A stretch of 16,827 nucleotides of DNA from Gemmatimonadota bacterium. GTDB taxonomy: Bacteria; Gemmatimonadota; Gemmatimonadetes; Longimicrobiales; Gaopeijiaceae. Positions 6,971 to 12,996 of the stretch are shown piece after piece. The stretch spans positions 1 through 16,827 of the forward strand of contig JBDHHQ010000087.1 of the NCBI GenBank assembly GCA_039589315.1, written 5' to 3'. The notes beneath the pieces were generated by a model that made no database searches, was not told the origin of the DNA, and saw only the letters and a list, made by a program, of their open reading frames with translations. The stretch's first letter is position 1. Every line of letters begins with the position of its first letter. Position numbers and translations under genes: made by a program.

Positions 6971-8323
6971 ATGACGCACGCAAGCGACTCCCCGGATTCA
7001 GGACCCGGAGCGGGGGCCGCGATCGTCTACGACATCGACGAGCGGCCGCCCCTCCGGGAGGCCGTGCCGCTGGGCTTCCAGCACCTCGTGGCCATGCTGC
7101 TCGGCAACATCACGCCACCACTGCTCGTAGTGGGAGCGTTGGGGCTCTCGGGAGGCGACGCGGCGCTGCTGCTCCAAGCCGTCTTCCTCATGGCCGGGAT
7201 CGCGACGCTGGTCCAGGCCTACCCGGTGGGACCGGTGGGTGGACGGCTTCCCATCATCATGGGAACCACCGTGGCCTTCGTCCCCGCCATGATCCTGGTG
7301 GGCCGCGAGTACGGACTGGCGGCCGTGTTCGGGGCATGCCTGGTGGGATCGGTCGTGGAGATCGCCCTGGGCTTCTCCATCGGGCGGGTGCGGCACCTGT
7401 TCCCGCCCCTCGTCACCGGTGTCGTGGTCATGCTCATCGGACTGACTCTGATCCCGGTGGGCATGGACTACGCAGCGGGCGGTATCGGTGCCGCCGACTA
7501 CGGGGCCCCGGTCAACCTGGCGGTGGCGGCGGTCGTATTCCTGGTCACGCTCGTGCTGAACCGGTTCACACGGGGGTTCGTGAGCTACGCCAGCCTGCTG
7601 ATCGGGGTGGTCGCCGGGTACCTCGTCGCCGCGGGCCTGGGTCGGGTGGACTTCGGGGCCCTCTCCGACGCAGGGCTCCTCGCCACCCCCCGGCCGCTGG
7701 CCTTCGGCCTGGAGCTACACGCCGGAGCGATCGTGCTGATGGGATTCGTCTACGTCGTCAGCACCATGGAGACGATTGGCGACATCTCCGGGACACTGGC
7801 AGCGGTGGGTCGGGAACCCACCGAGGCAGAGCTCCGTGGTGGCCTCGTCGCCGACGGGGTCATGAGCGGTTTGGCCGCACTGATGAGCGCGTTCCCCAAC
7901 ACCTCGTACTCCCAGAACGTGGGCCTCGTCCACTTCACGGGGGTGGTGAGCCGGCATGTCACCGCAGTCTCCGGTGTCATCCTCCTTTGCCTGGGCATGG
8001 TGCCCTTGGTAGGGGCCGTCTTCGCGACGATTCCGCCGCCCGTCATCGGCGGGGGCGGCCTGATCATGTTCGCCATGATCTTCGCCAGCGGAGCGGCCAT
8101 CATTCACCGGGGCGTCGACCTCACCCAACGCAACATGGTGATCCTGGCGGTGTCGCTGGGGCTGGGGCTGGGGATCGAGCTCCGGCCGGAGGCACTCCAG
8201 CACCTTCCCGAGCTGGCCCGGACGCTCTTCGGGTCGGGACTGGTCACGGGCGGGATCGCTGCGCTCGTGCTCAACGCCGTTCTGCCGGAGAAGGCGGGCT
8301 GGGTGCGGGCAGGTGAGGAGTGA
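6971..8323 (+). CDS. NCS2/NAT-family permease, xanthine/uric acid type (XanP/XanQ/PbuX-like), about 450 aa
   Basis: TM1 QH motif (GFQHL), RLPIIMG, FPPLVTG, ETIGD and NAT signature QNVGLVHFTG (Q-N-x-G-x4-T-G). ATG 6971 preferred over TTG 6965. Confidence 0.93.
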   Translation: MTHASDSPDSGPGAGAAIVYDIDERPPLREAVPLGFQHLVAMLLGNITPPLLVVGALGLSGGDAALLLQAVFLMAGIATLVQAYPVGPVGGRLPIIMGTTVAFVPAMILVGREYGLAAVFGACLVGSVVEIALGFSIGRVRHLFPPLVTGVVVMLIGLTLIPVGMDYAAGGIGAADYGAPVNLAVAAVVFLVTLVLNRFTRGFVSYASLLIGVVAGYLVAAGLGRVDFGALSDAGLLATPRPLAFGLELHAGAIVLMGFVYVVSTMETIGDISGTLAAVGREPTEAELRGGLVADGVMSGLAALMSAFPNTSYSQNVGLVHFTGVVSRHVTAVSGVILLCLGMVPLVGAVFATIPPPVIGGGGLIMFAMIFASGAAIIHRGVDLTQRNMVILAVSLGLGLGIELRPEALQHLPELARTLFGSGLVTGGIAALVLNAVLPEKAGWVRAGEE

Positions 8324-8327
8324 GGAG

Positions 8328-8349
8328 AGGCTTCCGTGTGAGGGAGCCT
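8328..8349. terminator. Hairpin between the convergent NCS2 and RidA stops (possible terminator or pause element)
   Basis: AGGCTTCC-gtgtga-GGGAGCCT: 8-bp stem with one G-U pair on the + strand. It fills most of the 24-nt convergent gap. No U-tract. Confidence 0.35.
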
Positions 8350-8737
8350 ACGCGACCGCAGCCACTGCCTCGATCTCTATCTGGAAGCCGTAGTGGAGCT
8401 CGTTGGTGGGCACCACGGCCCGAGCGGGTCGGTGCTCTCCGAAGAAGGTCGTGTACACCTCGTTCACTCGTCCCCACAGATCGATGTCCGCAACGTACAC
8501 GGTCACCTTGAGGATATCGCCGAGCCCTCCGCCGGCTGCCGCGACGACCGCGGCCACGTTCTCGAGGGCCTGCTGTGTCTGCTCCTCGATGGAGCCCAGC
8601 GTCCGTTCCCCGGTTCGCGGATCTACGGGTAGCTGACCCGAGACGTACAACGTTCCGTTGTGGACGACGCCCTGGGAATAGTGTCCTCCTGGTGGCGGGG
8701 CGTTCTCGGTCGAGATGTGTCGCATGACGTTCCTCAT
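8348..8737 (-). CDS. ridA: RidA/YjgF/YER057c/UK114-family enamine/imine deaminase, 125-129 aa
   Basis: APPPGGHYSQ, LYVSGQLP, VNEVY..FF, PAR (catalytic Arg) and IEIEAVA. An alternative start at ATG 8725 has a GAGGA SD. Confidence 0.92.
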   Translation of the reverse strand: MRNVMRHISTENAPPPGGHYSQGVVHNGTLYVSGQLPVDPRTGERTLGSIEEQTQQALENVAAVVAAAGGGLGDILKVTVYVADIDLWGRVNEVYTTFFGEHRPARAVVPTNELHYGFQIEIEAVAAVA

Positions 8738-8838
8738 CGTGATTCGGCTGCTCGGACGCTCAGGACGGCGCGGCGGCGCGTCGGGGTCGGCGACGATCTC
8801 CCGCCGAGGGTCGGGTTCCGTCGACGCGTCCGCGTCAA
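8734..8838 (-). other. Putative 34-aa bridging ORF between the BNR-repeat protein and RidA
   Basis: TTG 8838-8836 overlaps the upstream TGA. Translation (L)TRTRRRNPTLGGRSSPTPTRRRAVLSVRAAESR*; its TGA 8736-8734 overlaps ATG 8737. Weak start codon and no clear SD. Confidence 0.25.
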
Positions 8839-11800
8839 CGCTGGACCACTGACGATCGTCTCACAGCGACGGGAGCCAGCCCCGCCTTCTCGAGCTCTCG
8901 ATTCAGCTTGGGTAATCGCTCGGTGAGCGCACGGTGGAGGGCACGCATGTGCACCGCGAGCTCCCCCGAGAGCTCTGCGAACACGGTCTCGTACGCCTGC
9001 GTCGGGGCCGCGTCGCCCCTCTCCAGATGGGAGCGGAGGCCCGTGAGCCGGTCGTTGAGCTTGATGGGAAAGGCGATTTTGTCCTTGGGGCTCTGGTTCC
9101 TGACCTGGTAGAGCTCCCGCTCAACGGCCTCGATCGCCTCGAGGAACCGGTCACTCTCCTCTCTCAGCGACGTCGCCGGCGACCCCTCGATCCGGCTCGT
9201 CACCTGGCCCCGCAGATCGCGGATCAAGAGAACGCCCTCGTTGGCTGCGGTCTCCGCGTCCCGGATCCGGATCGCGAGATCGAATTGATCCACGAGGTCC
9301 GCATCGGTGACGTCCGTCAGCCGTGGATCCTTCTTCACCTGGAACCACCGGGTCTGGACAGCGTCGTCGACCGCGACCCGCACGCCATACCGTCCAGGCG
9401 GCGCCCAAGGACCTCGGGTCGGGTCGCCACCTTCGAGGACGATGCCCGGGAAGGATGTGGCGCCTGGGTAGCGCAGATTCCAGCGCTGGCGGTGCACGCC
9501 GGCCCGGCCCACCGTCCCCTCGAACAGCGTGAGCACCGGCTCACCGTCCGCGTCCAGGATCTCGACGTAGACCCGGCTACCGGTCTTGTCCACGTAGTAA
9601 TCGACCACCGCCGGGCCGGCCCTGCGGATCGCCGTGGCCGGCTCGAAGAGGTGGAACGCAGACGCTGCCAGATCGGGCTCGATCTGCCGGAGCGTCTCGA
9701 TGTCGTCCAACACCCAGAACGACCGTCCGTGCGTCGCGATCACGAGGTCGCCGTCCTCGACGACCAGCCCCGTGACCGGAACGACCGGCAGATTCAGGGA
9801 GAGGCTCTCCCAGTGGCGGCCGTCGTCGAAGGAGACGTACGCGCCGTGCTCCGAGCCCGCATAGAGCAGTCCCCTTCGCTGCGGGTCTTCCCGGACGACG
9901 CGCACGAAGTCGCCCGGGGCGATTCCCTCTGTGATGGCCGTCCAGCTGGCTCCGTAGTCCGTCGTCTTCCAGATGTACGGAGCGCGGTCGTCGAGCTCGT
10001 ACCGTATGGCCGCGACGTAGGCCACCGCCGGGTCGTGGGGTGACGCCTCCACGAGGGTGATACGGCTGTGCTCGGGCATCGTCGGGGGGGAGACGTCGTT
10101 CCAACTCGGCCCGCCGTCACGGCTCAGGTGCACCAGCCCGTCGTCCGAGCCCGTCCAGATGACCCCAGCGTCACGTGGCGACGGGGCAATGGTGTAGATG
10201 GTCCCGTAGATCTCGGGGCCGTCCTGGTCCTTTACGATCTCTCCGCCCGAGTCGCCCAGCGTCGTCGCGTCGGCTCGAGTCAGGTCGGGGCTGATCCGGT
10301 CCCAGGTGCGGCCGCCGTCGTTGGTCTTCCACAAGTGCTGGGACCCGACGTACAGCACCCCCGGGTCGGTGGGTGCGATGACGATGGGGTAGGTCCAGTT
10401 CCACCGCTCCGGCATTTCTCGGGCCGGCTCGCCCATGACGATGCGGGGGTAGGGTTGGACGTCGACTGCCAGGCCGGTGGTCCGGTCGTACCGAGTCAGC
10501 GTGTTCGTGGCCCCGGCGTAGAAGATGTCCGGCTCGGTGGGATGTGGGGCCACGTACCCGCTCTCCCCTCCGCCGACCGCGTACATCCACGCGCCGTCCG
10601 GATCCCGGGGGTTCCGCAGGTGACCGCCCTCGGAAGCGACACAGACGGTGGTATTGTCCTGCTGGGCACCACAGGCGTGATACGGGAAATCGGCCGTCGT
10701 CGCCAGGCGATAGATCTGAGCGGTCGGGTACTGCATTCCAGTCCACGTCTGCCCACCGTTCACGGTGACCACGCCCCCACCGTCGTTCCCGTTGATCATC
10801 CGGGCGGGGTCTCCAGGATCGATCCACAGATCGTGGTGATCCGCGTGCGTGCCCGGAATCTCGTCGAACGTGAGGCCTCCGTCCGTGGACTCGAGCAGCG
10901 TGAAGTTCAAGACGTAGACGGTCTCTCGGTCCACGGGGTCGGCCTGGATCCGCTGGAAGTAGAAGGCACGCTGCCAGAGGTCCCGGTGGTCGTTGACCAG
11001 CGTCCACGTCTCGCCCGCGTCGTCGGACCGGTAGAGACCCCCGTCGTCAGCCTCGACGTTCGCCCAGATCCGACGAGAGTCGGCGCCGGACACGGTGACC
11101 GTGATCTTGCCCAAAGCGCCCCGGGGCAAGCCCGGATTGCGGGTCAACTCCGTCCAGGTGCTGCCGCCGTCGACGGACCTGAATAGCCCCGAGCCCTCAC
11201 CTCCGCTCCAGAGCTTCCACGGCCTTCGGTATACCTCCCACAGCGTGGCATAGAGGACACTCGGATCGCCCGGGTCGACAGCCAGGTCCACCGCACCGGT
11301 CCGGTCGTCCCGATACAGCACCTTCTCCCAGGTGCCGCCGCCGTCTACCGTTCGGAACACGCCCCGCTCGCTGTTTTCTCCGAACGGATGGCCCAGAGCC
11401 GCCACGTAGACCCGGTCCGGATCCGTGGGATCGATACGGATCCGAGAGATGGTCTGGGTCTCGGCCAGACCCAGGTGGGTCCAGCTGCGGCCGCCGTCTG
11501 CGGACCGGTAGACGCCGTCTCCCTGGAGGACGTTGGCCCGGAGCTGGGCCTCGCCCATGCCGACATATACGACGTCGGGGTCGGACGGGGCCACGGCAAC
11601 GGCCCCCACGGAGGCGCTCTCGATCTGACCGTCCGTCACCGGGCGCCACGATGCGCCGCCGTCGGTCGTCTTCCAGAGCCCGCCGCCCGTCGCCCCGAAG
11701 TAGTACTCGTGGGGGCGTTCGGCGTGGCCGGCTACGGCAATGGAGCGTCCACCCCGGTCGGGGCCGATGGAGCGCCACTCCAGGGGCGGTAGTGGGGTCG

Positions 11801-11876
11801 GGTCCTGGGCGGCGGAGAGCGTTGACTGCGGAACGCCCACCAAGACGATCGACAGAAGTGCCAGCTCGGTCTTCAT
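8835..11876 (-). CDS. Secreted VPS10/sortilin-like BNR (Asp-box) repeat beta-propeller protein ('glycosyl hydrolase' type), about 1013 aa
   Basis: Signal peptide-like MKTELALLSIVLVGVPQSTLSAA, then WRSIGPDRGGRS. About 11 Asp-boxes (e.g. KTTDGGASW, RSADGGRSW, RSVDGGSTW, KTNDGGRTW, KTTDYGASW), HADHHDLWIDP, IATHGRSFWVLDD and a helical C-terminus. Alternative start at 11891. Confidence 0.9.
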   Translation of the reverse strand: MKTELALLSIVLVGVPQSTLSAAQDPTPLPPLEWRSIGPDRGGRSIAVAGHAERPHEYYFGATGGGLWKTTDGGASWRPVTDGQIESASVGAVAVAPSDPDVVYVGMGEAQLRANVLQGDGVYRSADGGRSWTHLGLAETQTISRIRIDPTDPDRVYVAALGHPFGENSERGVFRTVDGGGTWEKVLYRDDRTGAVDLAVDPGDPSVLYATLWEVYRRPWKLWSGGEGSGLFRSVDGGSTWTELTRNPGLPRGALGKITVTVSGADSRRIWANVEADDGGLYRSDDAGETWTLVNDHRDLWQRAFYFQRIQADPVDRETVYVLNFTLLESTDGGLTFDEIPGTHADHHDLWIDPGDPARMINGNDGGGVVTVNGGQTWTGMQYPTAQIYRLATTADFPYHACGAQQDNTTVCVASEGGHLRNPRDPDGAWMYAVGGGESGYVAPHPTEPDIFYAGATNTLTRYDRTTGLAVDVQPYPRIVMGEPAREMPERWNWTYPIVIAPTDPGVLYVGSQHLWKTNDGGRTWDRISPDLTRADATTLGDSGGEIVKDQDGPEIYGTIYTIAPSPRDAGVIWTGSDDGLVHLSRDGGPSWNDVSPPTMPEHSRITLVEASPHDPAVAYVAAIRYELDDRAPYIWKTTDYGASWTAITEGIAPGDFVRVVREDPQRRGLLYAGSEHGAYVSFDDGRHWESLSLNLPVVPVTGLVVEDGDLVIATHGRSFWVLDDIETLRQIEPDLAASAFHLFEPATAIRRAGPAVVDYYVDKTGSRVYVEILDADGEPVLTLFEGTVGRAGVHRQRWNLRYPGATSFPGIVLEGGDPTRGPWAPPGRYGVRVAVDDAVQTRWFQVKKDPRLTDVTDADLVDQFDLAIRIRDAETAANEGVLLIRDLRGQVTSRIEGSPATSLREESDRFLEAIEAVERELYQVRNQSPKDKIAFPIKLNDRLTGLRSHLERGDAAPTQAYETVFAELSGELAVHMRALHRALTERLPKLNRELEKAGLAPVAVRRSSVVQR

Positions 11877-11987
11877 GCCGGGGGCACCCATCGCAGCTGC
11901 ATCGGGTCCGGGGCCGACCTCACTGAGACGAATACCGGGGGACGTACCGCCGAATCGAGTACCATGGTCATCCGTGCCGCACCCGGT

Positions 11988-12473
11988 TCAAGAGCCGGCG
12001 CCGCCCAGGCGGAAGCTGATCCCGCCCCGAAGGAAGAAGTCCGGGATGTCGCCCAGCCCAGCTCCCGCCTCGACGAACGGCTGGATGGTGGGCAGGGGGA
12101 ACTCGAGGCCGCCCAGAAGGTGGATCCCCACTTCGGTGTTGTCCGCCTCGCTCACGCTGAAGCGTCCCAAGGTCAAGCCGGCGCCCACCTTCGGAACGAG
12201 GTTGGGGTTGTCGGCCAGCGGGAACAGGTAGTACCAAGTCCCGCCGAGCTCGAAGTAGCTGGCGTCGTTGCCGGGGAAGTAGATGTCCAGGAAGGCCCCG
12301 ATTTCCATGTTCGGGTGCACGCTCGGGATGGGAAAGAAGGCCCGGGCACCGATGCCGAAGTCCACGTCGTCGGCCACGTTGAGCTCGGGCCCGAGGCGGG
12401 CCTGCGCGTGGGCCTGCGGTGGAGCTGACACGAGGACTCCGGCGAGCACGACCAACCACCTTGCGCGTTTCAT
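11988..12473 (-). CDS. Small outer-membrane beta-barrel protein (8-stranded OmpA-TM/OmpW-like), 161 aa
   Basis: Signal peptide MKRARWLVVLAGVLVSAPPQAHA|Q and alternating amphipathic strands (FGIGARAFF, IGAFLDIYF, PKVGAGLTL, HLLGGLEF, PFVEAG, FLRGGISFRL). Purine-rich leader upstream. The ORF-track extension to 12680 runs through the divergent promoter. Confidence 0.8.
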   Translation of the reverse strand: MKRARWLVVLAGVLVSAPPQAHAQARLGPELNVADDVDFGIGARAFFPIPSVHPNMEIGAFLDIYFPGNDASYFELGGTWYYLFPLADNPNLVPKVGAGLTLGRFSVSEADNTEVGIHLLGGLEFPLPTIQPFVEAGAGLGDIPDFFLRGGISFRLGGAGS

Positions 12474-12581
12474 GGGGCTTTCTCTTTCTCCGGGTTTCGG
12501 CGCGATGCTCGGAGGGGCGGGCCCAATGTACGCGACGCCCTGCCGTCGTCCAGCCCGAATCCAGCTTGCCGATCGGCTTCC

Positions 12582-12638
12582 TTGTGTATGAGTCTGCAGC
12601 AAATATATTAATTGCAGATATATTGCTTGCAGAGATAG
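12582..12638 (+). promoter_or_regulatory. Candidate sigma70-type promoter overlapped by a repeated PadR-type operator
   Basis: TTGTGT-N16-TATATT (12582-12609). This is a conspicuous AT-rich island in otherwise GC-rich sequence, with ATATAT-N9-ATATAT-N9-AGATAG and a 15-bp tandem repeat (13/15 identical) just upstream of padR. Confidence 0.6.
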
Positions 12639-12666
12639 AGATCGCGCCTTCCCGGAGACTCCACAC

Positions 12667-12996
12667 ATGTCGACGCTCACTCGCCTGACTTTCGAGATCC
12701 TGCTGGCACTGGCCGACGGCGACCGCCACGGCTACGGCATCATCAAGGAGATCGAGCACCGCTCCGGTAGCACCGGCCTGCCGAGCACCGGCGCCATGTA
12801 CCTGGCGCTCCAGCGCATGGAGGGCGACGGGCTCATCGCCGAGGCCTCGGAGAAGCCCGCGGGGGCCGACGGGCGCCGGCGGTACTACCGGATCACGCCA
12901 CGGGGCAGGGAAGCGGCCGAGGCCGAGTCCCGGCAGCTCGCCGAGCTGGTGGCGGCCGCGAAGTCGCGGAGCCTGCTGGTCGGAGGCGGGTCGTGA
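12667..12996 (+). CDS. PadR-family transcriptional regulator, 109 aa
   Basis: ILLALADGDRHGYGIIKEIE, GAMYLALQRM..DGLI and RRRYYRITPRG winged-helix pattern. GGAG SD. Confidence 0.94.
   Translation: MSTLTRLTFEILLALADGDRHGYGIIKEIEHRSGSTGLPSTGAMYLALQRMEGDGLIAEASEKPAGADGRRRYYRITPRGREAAEAESRQLAELVAAAKSRSLLVGGGS

Noticed and set aside
6820..8316. 498-aa plus-strand ORF overlapping the NCS2 gene
   Set aside because: Off-frame Arg/Gly/Pro-rich shadow; the NCS2 frame carries all the motifs.
8320..8511. 63-aa plus-strand ORF starting in the NCS2 stop (GTGA)
   Set aside because: It lies antisense to ridA, leads to no downstream gene and has no motif. It also shows that NTGA-initiated open frames can arise without bridging anything.
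9800..11680. Recurrent similar nucleotide motifs in the large secreted gene as a CRISPR or DNA repeat array
   Set aside because: They are degenerate, irregularly spaced, in-frame Asp-box protein repeats.
12474..12759. N-terminal extensions of the OMP ORF (to 12680) and the 263-aa ORF 11968..12759
   Set aside because: They run through the AT-rich operator and into padR. The signal peptide defines ATG 12473 as the start.
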